Part shown: positions 40,601-52,799 of the stretch, piece by piece
Numbering within the stretch: the stretch's first letter is position 1
How the letters are laid out: each line of letters opens with the position of its first letter
Assembly: GCA_964016885.1 (NCBI GenBank)
Contig: OZ024744.1
Span: 16,120,001 to 16,184,000 of the forward strand
Direction of reading: 5' to 3'
Source of the DNA: Eledone cirrhosa
Taxonomy: Eukaryota
Length of the DNA stretch: 64,000 nucleotides
Position numbers and translations under genes: made by a program
Notes under the pieces: model-generated
Told to the model about the DNA's origin: nothing
Database searches by the model: none
What the model saw: the letters and a program-made list of their open reading frames with translations, nothing else

Positions 40601-42779
40601 GAAAAGGAGAGTATGAAGGAGGTTGGAGGAGGAGAGTATGAAGGAAGTTGGAGATGGAGAATATGAAGGAAGTTGGAGAAGGATAATATGAAGGAAGTTG
40701 GAGAAGGAGTGTATGAAGGAAGTTGGAGAAGGAGAATATGAAGGAAGTTGAAGGAGGAGAATATGAAGGAAGTTGAAGAAGGAGAATATGAAGGAAGTTG
40801 GAGAAGGAGAGTATGAAGGAAGTTGAAGGAAGAAAATATGAAGGAAGTTGGAGAAGGAGAGTATGAAGGAAGTTGGAGAAGGAGAATATGAAGGAAGTTG
40901 AAGAAGGAGAATATGAAGGGAGTTGCAGAAGGATAATATGAAGGAAGTTGGAGAAGGAGAGTATGAAGGAAGTTGAAGGAAGAAAATATGAAGGAAGTTG
41001 GAGGAGGAGAATATGAAGGAAGTTGGAGAAGGAGAATATGAAGGAAGTTGGAGAAGGAAAATATGAAACATGTTGGAGAAGCATAATATGAAAGAAGTTG
41101 GAGGAGAGTATGAAGGAAGTTGGTGAAGGAGAGTATGAAGGAAGTTGGAGAAGGAGATTATGAAGGAAGTTGGAGAAGGAGAGTATGAAGGAAGTTGGAG
41201 AAGGAGCGTATGAAGGAAGTTGAAGGAGGAGAATATGAAGGAAGTTGAAGAAGGAGAATATGAAGGAAGTTGGAGAAGGAGAGTATGAAGGAAGTTGAAG
41301 GAAGAAAATATGAAGGAAGTTGGAGGAGGAGAATATGAAGGATGTTGGAGAAGAATAATATGAAAGAAGTTGGAGAAGGAGAGTATGAAGGAAGTTGTAG
41401 AAGGAGAGTATAGAGGAAGTTGGAGAAGGAGATTATGAAGGAAGTTGGAGAAGGAGAGTATGAAGGAAGTTGGAGAAGGAGAGTATGAAGGATCTTGGAG
41501 AAGCAGAGTATGAAGAAAGTTGGAGAAGGAGAATAGGAATGAAGTTGTGGAAGAAGGTATGAAAGAAGTTGGAGAAGGAGAATATGAAGGAAGTTGAAGG
41601 AGGAGAATATGAAGGAAGTTGAAGAAGGAAAATATGAAAGAAGTTGGAGAAGGAGAGTATGCAGGAAGTTAGAGAAGGAGAGTATGAAGGAAGTTGGAGA
41701 TGGAGAGTATGAAGTAAGTTGAATAAGGAGAATATCAAGGAAGTTGGAGAAGGAGAGTGTGATTGAAGTTGGAGAAGGAGAGTATGAAGGAAGTTGGAGA
41801 AGGAGAATATGAAGGAAGTTGGAAAAGGAGAGTATGAAGGAGGTTGGAGGAGGAGAGTATGAAGGAAGTAGGAGATGGAGAATATGAAGGAAGTTGGAGA
41901 AGGATAATATGAGGGAAGTTGAAGAAGGAGTGTATGAAGGAAGTTGGAGAAGGAGAATATGAAGGAAGTTGAAGGAGGAGAATATTAAGGAAGTTGAAGA
42001 AGGAGGATATGAAGGAATTTGGAGAAGGAGACTATGAAGGAAGTTGGAGAAGGAGAGTATGAAGGAAGTTGGAGAAGGAGAGTATGAAGGAGGTTGAAGG
42101 AGGAGAGTATGAAGGAAGTTAGAGAAGGAGAATATGAAGGAAGTTGGAGAAGGAGAGTATGAAGGAAGTTGGAGAAAAAGAATATGAAGGAAGGTGTGGA
42201 AGAAGGTATGAAGGAAGTTGGAGAAGGAGAGTATGAAGAAAGTTGGAGAAGGAGAGTATGAAGGAAGTTGAAGGAAGAAAATATGAAGGAAGTTGGAGGA
42301 GGAGAATATGAAGGAAGTTGGAGAAGGAGAATATGAAGGAAGTTGGAGAAGGAAAATATGAAGGATGTTGGAGAAGGATAATATGAAAGAAGTTGGAGAA
42401 GGAGAGTATGAAGGAAGTTGGAGAAGGAGAGTATGAAGGAAGTTGGAGAAGGAGATTATGAAGGAAGTTGGAGAAGGAGAGTATGAAGGAAGTTGGAGAA
42501 GGAGCGTATGAAGGAAGTTGAAGGAGGAGAATATGAAGGAAGTTGAAGAAGGAGTATATGAAGGAAGTTGGAGAAGGAGAGTATGATGGAAGTTGAAGGA
42601 AGAAAATATGGAGGAAGTTGGAGAAGGAGAATATGAAGGAATTTGGAGAAGGAAAATATGAAGGATGTTGGAGAAGGATAATATGAAAGAAGTTGGAGAA
42701 GGAGAGTATGAAGAAAGTTGAATAAGGAGAATATGAAGGAAGTTGGAGAAGGAGAGTATGAAGGAAGTTGGAGAAGGAG

Positions 42780-45700
42780 AATATGAAGGAAGTTGGGGAA
42801 GAAGGTATGAAGGAAGTTGGAGAAGGAGAGTATGAAGGAAGTTGGTGAAGGAGAGTATGAAGGAAGTTGGAGAAGGAGAGTATGAAGGAAGTTGAAGAAG
42901 AAGAATAAGAAGGAAGTTGGAGAAGGAGAGTATGAAGGAAGTTGAAGGAGCAGAATATGAAGGAAGTTGAAGAAGGAGAATCTGAAGGAAGTTGGAGAAA
43001 GAGAGTATGAAGGAAGTTGAAGGAGGAGAATATGAAGGAAGTTGAAGGAGGAGAATATGAACGAATTTGGAGAAGGAGAGTATGAAGGAAGTTGGAGAAG
43101 GAGAATCTGAAGGAAGTTGGAGAAGGAGAGTATGAAGGAAGTTGAAGGAGAAGAATATGAAGGAAGTTGAAGAAAGAGAATGAGAAGGAAGTTGGAGAAG
43201 GAGAGTATGAAGGAATTTGAAGAAGGAGAATCTGAAGGAAGTTGGAGAAGGAGAGTGTGAAGGAAGTTGGGGGAGGAGAATATGAAGGAATTTGAAGGAG
43301 GAGAATATGAACGAAGTTGAAGAAGGAGAATATGAAGGAAGTTGAAGGAGGAGAACATGAAGGAAGTCGAAGAAGGAGAATCTGAAAGAAGTTGGAGAAG
43401 GAGAGTATGAAGGAAGTTGGAGAAGGAGAATCTGAAGGAAGTTGGAGAAGGAGAGTATGAAGGAAGTTGAAGGTGAAGTATATGAAGGAAGTTGAAGAAG
43501 GAGAATCTGAAGGAAGTTGGAGAAAAAGAGTATGAAGGAAGTTGGGGAAGAAGGTATGAGGGAAGTTGGAGAATAAGAATATGAAGGAAGTTGAGGAAGA
43601 AGGTATGAAGGAAGTTGGAGAAGAAGAATATGAATGAAGTTGGGGAAGAAGGTATGAAAGAAGTTGGAGAAGGAGAATATGAAGGAAGTTGAAGGAGAAG
43701 AATATGAAGGAAGTTGAAGAAGGAAAATATGAAAGAAGTTGGAGAAGGAGAGTATGCACGAAGTTAGAGAAGTAGAGTATGAAGGAAGTTGGAGAAGGAG
43801 AATCTGAAGGAAGTTGGAGAAGGAGAGTATGAAGGAAGTTGGAGAAGGAGACTATGAAGGAAGTTGGAGAAGGAAAGTAGGAAGGAAGTTGGAGAAGGAG
43901 AGTATGAAGGAAGTTGGAGAAGGAGATTATGTAGGAAGTAGGAGAAGGAGAGTATGAAGGAAGTTGGAGAAGGAGCGTATGATGGAAGTTGGAGAAGGAG
44001 ATTATGAAGGAAGTTGAATAAGGAGAATATGAAGGAAGTTGGAGAAGGAGAGTATGAAGGAAGTTGGAGAAGTAGAATATGAAGGAAGTTGGGGAAGAAG
44101 GTATGAAGGAAGTTGGAGAAGAAGAGTCTGAAGGAAGTTGGAGATGGAGAGTATGAAGGAAGTTGAAGAAGGAGAGTATGAAGGAAGTTGGAGAAGTAGA
44201 GTATGAAGGAAGTTGGAGATGGAGAGTATGAAGGAAGTTGAATAAGGAGAATATCAAGGAAGTTGGAGAAGGAGAGTGTGATTGAAGTTGGAGAAGGAGA
44301 ATATGAAGGAAGTTGAAGAAGGAGAATATGAAGGAAGTTGCAGAAGGATAATATGAAGGAAGTTGGAGAAGGAGAGTATGAAGGAAGTTGAATGAAGAAA
44401 ATATGAAGGAAGTTGGAGGAGGAGAATATGAAGGAAGTTGCAGAAGGAGAATATGAAGGAAGTTGGAGAAGGAAAATATGAAGGATGTTGGAGAAGGATA
44501 ATATGAAAGAAGTTGGAGAAGGAGAGTATGAAGGAAGTTGGTGAACGCGAGTATGAAGGAAGTTGGAGAAGGAGATTATGAAGGAAGTTGGAGAAGGAGA
44601 GTATGAAGGAAGTTGGAGAAGGAGCGTATGAAGGAAGTTGAAGGAGGAGAATATGAAGGAAGTTGAAGAAGGAGAATATGAAGGAAGTTGGAGAAGGAGA
44701 GTATGAAGGAAGTTGAAGGAAGAAAATATGAAGGAAGTTGGAGGAGGAGAATATGAAGGATGTTGGAGAAGAATAATATGAAAGAAGTTGGAGAAGGAGA
44801 GTATGAAGGAAGTTGTAGAAGGAGAGTATGAAGTAAGTTGGAGAAGGAGATTATGAAGGAAGTTGGAGAAGGAGAGTATGAAGGAAGTTGGAGAAGGAGA
44901 GTATGAAGGAAGTTGAAGAAGGAGAATAAGAAGGAAGTTGGAGAAGGAGAGTATGAAGGAAGTTGAAGGAGGAGAATATGAAGGAAGTTGAAGAAGGAGA
45001 ATCTGAAGGAAGTTGGAGAAAGAGAGTATGAAGGAAGTTGAAGGAGGAGAATATGAAGGAAGTTGAAGGAGGAGAATATGAACGAATTTGGAGAAGGAGA
45101 GTATGAAGGAAGTTGGAGAAGGAGAGTATGAAGGAATTTGAAGGAGAAGAATATGAAGGAAGTTGAAGAAAGAGAATCTGAAGGAAGTTGGAGAAGGAGA
45201 GTATGAAGGAAGTTGAAGAAGGAGAATCTGAAGGAAGTTGGAGAAGGAGAGTGTGAAGGAAGTTGGGGGAGGAAAATATGAAGGAAGTTGAAGGAGGAGA
45301 ATATGAACGAAGTTGAAGAAGGAGAATATGAAGAAAGTTGAAGGAGGAGAATATGAAGGAAGTTGAAGAAGGAGAATCAGAAGGAAGTTGGAGAAGGAGA
45401 GAATGAAGGAAGTTGAAGAAGGAGAATCTGAAAGAAGTTGGAGAAGGAGAGTATGAAGGAAGTTGAAGGTGAAGTATATGAAGGAAGTTGAAGAAGGAGA
45501 ATCTGAAGGAAGTTGGAGAAAAAGAGTATGAAGGAAGTTGGGGAAGATGGTATGAAGGAAGTTGGAGAAGAAGAATATGAATTAAGTTGGGGAAGAAGGT
45601 ATGAAAGAAGTTGGAGAAGGAGAATATGAAGGAAGTTGAAGGAGGAGAATATGAAGGAAGTTGAAGAAGGAAAATATGAAAGAAGTTGGAGAAGGAGAGT

Positions 45701-48700
45701 ATGCAGGAAGTTAGAGAAGGAGAGTATGAAGTAAGTTGGAGATGGAGAGCATGAAGGAAGTTGAATAAGGAGAATATCAAGGAAGTTGGAGAAGGAGAGT
45801 GTGATTGAAGTTGGAGAAGGAGAGTATGAAGGAAGTTGGAGAAGGAGAATATGAAGGAAGTTGGAAAAGGAGAGTATGAAGGAGGTTGGAGGAGGAGAGT
45901 ATGAAAGAAGTTGGAGATGGAGAATATGAAGGAAGTTGGAGAAGGATAATATGAAGGAAGTTGGAGGAGGAGAGTATGAAGGAAGTTGCAGAAGGAGAAT
46001 CTGACGGACGTTGGAGAAGGAGAGTAGGAAAGAAGTTGGAGAAGGATAATATGAAGGAAGTTGGATAAGGAGAATATGAAGGAAGTTGAAAGAGGAGAAT
46101 ATTAAAGAAGTTGGAAAAGGAGAGTATGAAGGAAGTTGGAGAATGAGACTATGAAGGAAGTTGGAGAAGGAAAGTGTGAAGGAAGTTGGAGAAGGAGAGT
46201 ATGAAGGAAGTTGGATAAGGAGATTATGTAGGAAGTTGGAGAAGGAGAGTATGAAGGAAGTTGGAGAAGGAGCGTATGATGGAAGTTGGAGAAGGAGATT
46301 ATGAAGGAAGTTGAATAAGGAGAATATGAAGGAAGTTGGAGAAGGAGAGTATGAAGGAAGTTGGAGAAGGAGAGTATGAAGGGGGCTGGAGGAGGAGAAT
46401 ATGAATGAAGTTGGATAAGGAGAGTTTGAAGGAAGTTGGAGAAGTAGAATAAGAAGGAAGTTGGGGAAGAAGGTATGAAGGAAGTTGGAGAAGGAGAGTC
46501 TGAAGGAAGTTGGAGATGGAGAGTATGAAGGAAGTTGAAGAAGGAGAGTATGAAGGAAGTTGGAGATGGAGAGTATGAAGGAAGTTGAATAAGGAGAATA
46601 TCAAGGAAGTTGGAGAAGGAGAGTGTGATTGAAGTTGGAGAAGAAGAGTATGAAGTAAGTTGGAGAAGGAGAATATGAAGGAAGTTGGAAAAGGAGAGTA
46701 TGAAGGAGGTTGGAGGAGGAGAGTATGAAGGATGTTGGAGATGGAGAATATGAAGGAAGTTGGAGAAGGATAATATGAAGGAAGTTGAAGGAGGAGAATA
46801 TGAAGGAAGATGAAGAAGGAGAATATGAAGGAAGTTGGAGAAGGAGAGTATGAAGGAAGTTGAAGGAAGAAAATATGAAGGAAGTTGGAGAAGGAGAGTA
46901 TGAAGGTAGTTGGAAAAGGAGAATATGAAGGAAGTTGAAGAAGGAGAATATGAAGGAAGTTGCAGAAGGATAATATGAAGGAAGTTGGAGAAGGAGAGTA
47001 TGAAGGAAGTTGGAGAAGGCGAGTATGAAGGAAATTGGAGAAGGAGAGTATGAATGAGGTTGGAGGAGGAGAGTATGAAGGAAGTTGGAGAAGGAGAATA
47101 TGAAGGAAATTGGAGAAGGAGCGTATGAAGGAAGTTGGAGAAAAAGAATATGAAGGAAGTTGTGGAAGAAGATATGAAGGAAGTTGGAGTAGGAGAGTAT
47201 GAAGAAAGTTGGAGAAGGAGAGTATGAAGGAAGTTGAAGGAAGAAAATATGAAGGAAGTTGGAGGAGGAGAATATGAAGGAAGTTGGAGAAGGGGAATAT
47301 GAAGGAAGTTGGAGAAGGAAAATATGAAGGATGTTGGAGAAGGATAATATGAAAGAAATTGGAGAAGGAGAGTATGAAGGAAGTTGGAGAAGGAGAGTAT
47401 GAAGGAAGTTGGAGAAGGAGATTATGAAGGAAGTTGGAGAAGGAGAGTATGAAGGAAGTTGGAGAAGGAGCGTATGAAGGAAGTTGAAGGAGGAGAATAT
47501 GAAGGAATTTGAAGAAGGAGAATATGAAGGAAGTTGGAGAAGGAGAATCTGAAGGAAGTTGGAGAAAGAGAGTATGAAGGAAGTTGAAGGAGGAGAATAT
47601 GAAGGAAGTTGAAGGAGGAGAATATGAACGAATTTGGAGAAGGAGAATATGAAGGAAGTTGGAGAAGGAGAATCTGAAGGAAGTTGGAGAAGGAGAGTAT
47701 GAAGGAAGTTGAAGGTGAAGTATATGAAGGAAGTTGAAGAAGGAGAATCTGAAGGAAGTTGGAGAAAAAGAGTATGAAGGAAGTTGGGGAAGAAGGTATG
47801 AAGGAAGTTGGAGAAGAAGAATATGAATTAAGTTGGGGAAGAAGGTATGAAAGAAGTTGGAGAAGGAGAATATGAAGGAAGTTGAAGGAGGAGAATATGA
47901 AGGAAGTTGAAGAAGGAAAATATGAAAGAAGTTGGAGAAGGAGAGTATGTAGGAAGTTAGAGAAGGCGAGTATGAAGTAAGTTGGAGATGGAGAGTATGA
48001 AGGAAGTTGAATAAGGAGAATATCAAGGAAGTTGGAGAAGGAGAGTGTGATTGAAGTTGGAGAAGGAGAGTATGAAGGAAGTTGGAGAAGGAGAATATGA
48101 AGGAAGTTGGAGAAGGAGAATATGAAGGAAGTTGGATAAGGAGAATATGAAGGAAGTTGGGGAAGAAGGTATGAAGGAAGTTGGAGAAGGAGAGTATGAA
48201 GGAAGTTGGTGAAGGAGAGTATGAAGGAAGTTGGAGAAGGAGAGTATGAAGGAAGTTGAAGAAGAAGAATAAGAAGGAAGTTGGAGAAGGAGAGTATGAA
48301 GGAAGTTGAAGGAGCAGAATATGAAGGAAGTTGAAGAAGGAGAATCTGAAGGAAGTTGGAGAAAGAGAGTATGAAGGAAGTTGAAGGAGGAGAATATGAA
48401 GGAAGTTGAAGGAGGAGAATATGAACGAATTTGGAGAAGGAGAGTATGAAGGAAGTTGGAGAAGGAGAATCTGAAGGAAGTTGGAGAAGGAGAGTATGAA
48501 GGAAGTTGAAGGAGAAGAATATGAAGGAAGTTGAAGAAAGAGAATCAGAAGGAAGTTGGAGAAGGAGAGTATGAAGGAATTTGAAGAAGGAGAATCTGAA
48601 GGAAGTTGGAGAAGGAGAGTGTGAAGGAAGTTGGGGGAGGAGAATATGAAGGAATTTGAAGGAGGAGAATATGAACGAAGTTGAAGAAGGAGAATATGAA

Positions 48701-50600
48701 GGAAGTTGAAGGAGGAGAACATGAAGGAAGTCGAAGAAGGAGAATCTGAAAGAAGTTGGAGAAGGAGAGTATGAAGGAAGTTGGAGAAGGAGAATCTGAA
48801 GGAAGTTGGAGAAGGAGAGTATGAAGGAAGTTGAAGGTGAAGTATATGAAGGAAGTTGAAGAAGGAGAATCTGAAGGAAGTTGGAGAAAAAGAGTATGAA
48901 GGAAGTTGGGGAAGAAGGTATGAGGGAAGTTGGAGAATAAGAATATGAAGGAAGTTGAGGAAGAAGGTATGAAGGAAGTTGGAGAAGAAGAATATGAATG
49001 AAGTTGGGGAAGAAGGTATGAAAGAAGTTGGAGAAGGAGAATATGAAGGAAGTTGAAGGAGAAGAATATGAAGGAAGTTGAAGAAGGAAAATATGAAAGA
49101 AGTTGGAGAAGGAGAGTATGCACGAAGTTAGAGAAGTAGAGTATGAAGGAAGTTGGAGAAGGAGAATCTGAAGGAAGTTGGAGAAGGAGAGTATGAAGGA
49201 AGTTGGAGAAGGAGACTATGAAGGAAGTTGGAGAAGGAAAGTAGGAAGGAAGTTGGAGAAGGAGAGTATGAAGGAAGTTGGAGAAGGAGATTATGTAGGA
49301 AGTAGGAGAAGGAGAGTATGAAGGAAGTTGGAGAAGGAGCGTATGATGGAAGTTGGAGAAGGAGATTATGAAGGAAGTTGAATAAGGAGAATATGAAGGA
49401 AGTTGGAGAAGGAGAGTATGAAGGAAGTTGGAGAAGTAGAATATGAAGGAAGTTGGGGAAGAAGGTATGAAGGAAGTTGGAGAAGGAGAGTCTGAAGGAA
49501 GTTGGAGATGGAGAGTATGAAGGAAGTTGAAGAAGGAGAGTATGAAGGAAGTTGGAGAAGTAGAGTATGAAGGAAGTTGGAGATGGAGAGTATGAAGGAA
49601 GTTGAATAAGGAGAATATCAAGGAAGTTGGAGAAGGAGAGTGTGATTGAAGTTGGAGAAGGAGAATATGAAGGAAGTTGAAGAAGGAGAATATGAAGGAA
49701 GTTGCAGAAGGATAATATGAAGGAAGTTGGAGAAGGAGAGTATGAAGGAAGTTGAATGAAGAAAATATGAAGGAAGTTGGAGGAGGAGAATATGAAGGAA
49801 GTTGGAGAAGGAGAATATGAAGGAAGTTGGAGAAGGAAAATATGAAGGATGTTGGAGAAGGATAATATGAAAGAAGTTGGAGAAGGAGAGTATGAAGGAA
49901 GTTGGTGAACGCGAGTATGAAGGAAGTTGGAGAAGGAGATTATGAAGGAAGTTGGAGAAGGAGAGTATGAAGGAAGTTGGAGAAGGAGCGTATGAAGGAA
50001 GTTGAAGGAGGAGAATATGAAGGAAGTTGAAGAAGGAGAATATGAAGGAAGTTGGAGAAGGAGAGTTTGAAGGAAGTTGAAGGAAGAAAATATGAAGGAA
50101 GTTGGAGGAGGAGAATATGAAGGATGTTGGAGAAGAATAATATGAAAGAAGTTGGAGAAGGAGAGTATGAAGGAAGTTGTAGAAGGAGAGTATGAAGTAA
50201 GTTGGAGAAGGAGATTATGAAGGAAGTTGGAGAAGGAGAGTATGAAGGAAGTTGGAGAAGGAGAGTATGAAGGAAGTTGAAGAAGGAGAATAAGAAGGAA
50301 GTTGGAGAAGGAGAGTATGAAGGAAGTTGAAGGAGGAGAATATGAAGGAATTTGAAGAAGGAGAATCTGAAGGAAGTTGGAGAAAGAGAGTATGAAGGAA
50401 GTTGAAGGAGGAGAATATGAAGGAAGTTGAAGGAGGAGAATATGAACGAATTTGGAGAAGGAGAGTATGAAGGAAGTTGGAGAAGGAGAATCTGAAGGAA
50501 GTTGGAGAAGGAGAGTATGAAGGAAGTTGAAGGAGAAGAATATGAAGGAAGTTGAAGAAAGAGAATCTGAGGGAAGTTGGAGAAGGAGAGTATGAAGGAA
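42780..50600 (+). repeat. About 2.4-kb block duplicated at offset 5364 (about 42780-45250 / about 48140-50600)
   Basis: ORF ends 44257/49621 and 43358/48722, and the private variant GTGAACGCGAG at 44541/49905. Confidence 0.9.
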
Positions 50601-50659
50601 GTTGAAGAAGGAGAATCTGAAGGAAGTTGGAGAAGGAGAGTATGAAGGAAGTTGGAGAA

Positions 50660-51150
50660 GAGAGTATGAAGGAGGTTGGAGAAGGAGAATATGAAGGAAG
50701 TTGGAGAAGGAGAGTATGAAGGAGCTTGGAATTGTAGAGTATGAAGGAAGTTGGAGAAGGATAATATGAAGGAAGTTGGAGAAGCAGAGTATGAAGGATG
50801 TTGGAGAAGGAGAGTTTGAAGGAAGTTGGAGGAGGAGAGTATGAAGGAATTTGGAGAAGGAGAGTATGAAGGAAGTTGGAGAAGGAGAATATGAAGAAAG
50901 TTGAAGGAGGAGAATATGAAGGAAGTTGGAGGAGGAGAGTATGAAGGAAGTTGGAGAAGGAGAGTATGAAGGAGGTTGGAGAAGGAGAATATGAAGGAAG
51001 TTGGAGAAGGAGAGTATGAAGGAGCTTGGAATTGTAGAGTATGAAGGAAGTTGGAGAAGGATAATATGAAGGAAGTTGGAGAAGCAGAGTATGAAGGAAG
51101 TTGGAGAAGGAGAGTTTGAAGGAAGTTGGAGGAGGAGAGTATGAAGGAAG
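50660..51150 (+). repeat. 300-bp (12-monomer) partial tandem duplication, itself repeated at about 57100-57590
   Basis: GGAGCTTGGAATTGTAGAG occurs at 50721 and 51021, and again at about 57163 and about 57463. Confidence 0.85.
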
Positions 51151-52799
51151 TTGGAGAAGGAGAATCTGACGGACGTTGGAGAAGGAGAGTAGGAAAGAAG
51201 TTGGAGAAGGATAATATGAAGGAAGTTGGATAAGGAGAATATGAAGGAAGTTGGAGGAGAGTATGAAGGAAGTTGGAGAAAGAGAGTATGAAGGAAGTTG
51301 AAGGAGGAGTATATGAACGAAGTTGGAGATGGAGAATATGAAAAAAGTTGAAGTAGGACAATATGAAGTAAGTTGAAGAAGGAGAATCAGAAGGAAGTTG
51401 GAGAAGGAGAATATGAAGGAAGTTGAAGGAGCAGAATATGAAGGAAGATGGAGAAGGAGAGAATGAAGGAAGTTGGAGAAGGAGAATATGAAGGAATTTG
51501 GAGAAGGAGAGTATGAAGGAAGTTGGAGAAGGAGAATATGAAGAAAGTTGAAGGAGGAGAATATGAAGGAAGTTGGAGGAGGAGAGTATGAAGGAAGTTG
51601 GAGAAGGAGAGTATGAAGGAGGTTGGAGAAGGAGAATATGAAGGAAGTTGGAGAAGGAGAGTATGAAGGAGCTTGGAATTGTAGAGTATGAAGGAAGTTG
51701 GAGAAGGATAATATGAAGGAAGTTGGAGAAGCAGAGTATGAAGGATGTTGGAGAAGGAGAGTTTGAACAAGTTGGAGGAGGAGAGTATGAAGGAAGTTGG
51801 AGAAGGAGAATCTGACGGACGTTGGAGAAGGAGAGTAGTAAAGAAGTTGGAGAAGGATAATATCAAGGAAGTTGGATAAGGAGAATATGAAGGAAGTTGA
51901 AGGAGGAGAATATTAAAGAAGTTGGAAAAGGAGAGTATGTAGGAAGGTGGAGAAAGAGAATCTGAAGGAAGTTGGAGAAGGAGAGTATGAAGGAAGTTGG
52001 AGAAGGAGACTATGAAGGAAGTTGGAGAAGGAAAGTATGAAGGAAGTTGGAGAAGGAGAGTATGAAGGAAGTTGGAGAAGGAGATTATGAAGGAATTTGG
52101 AGAAGGCGAGTATGAAGGAAGTTGGAGAAGGAGCGTATGATGGAAGTTGGAGAAGGAGATTATGAAGGAAGTTGAATAAGGAGAATATGAAGGAAGTTGG
52201 AGAAGGAGAGTATGAAGGAAGTTGGAGAAGGAGAGTATGAAGGGGGTCGGAGGAGGAGAATATGAAGGAAGTTGGGGAAGAAGGTATGAAGGAAGTTGGA
52301 GAAGGAGTGTCTGAAGGAAGTTGGAGCTGGAGAGTATGAAGGAAGTTGAAGAAGGAGAGTATGAAGGAAGTTGGAGAAGTAGAGTATGAAGGAAGTTGGA
52401 GATGGAGAGTATGAAATAAGTTGAATAAGGAGAATATCAAGGAAGTTGAAGAAGTAGAATATGAAGGAAGTTGGAGAAGGAGAGTATGAAGGAAGTTGAA
52501 GGAAGAAAATATGAAGGAAGCTGGAGAAGGAGAGTATGAAGGAAGTTGGAGAAGGCGAGTATGAAGGAAATTGGAGAAGGAGAGTATGAAGGAGGTTGGA
52601 GGAGGAGAGTATGAAGGAAGTTGGAGAAGGAGAATATGAAGGAAATTGGAGAAGGAGCGTATGAAGGAAGTTGGAGAAAAAGAATATGAAGGAAGTTGTG
52701 GAAGAAGGTATGAAGGAAGTTGGAGAAGGAGAGTTTGAAGAAAGTTGGAGAAGGAGAGTATGAAGGAAGTTGAAGGAAGAAAATATGAAGGAAGTTGGA

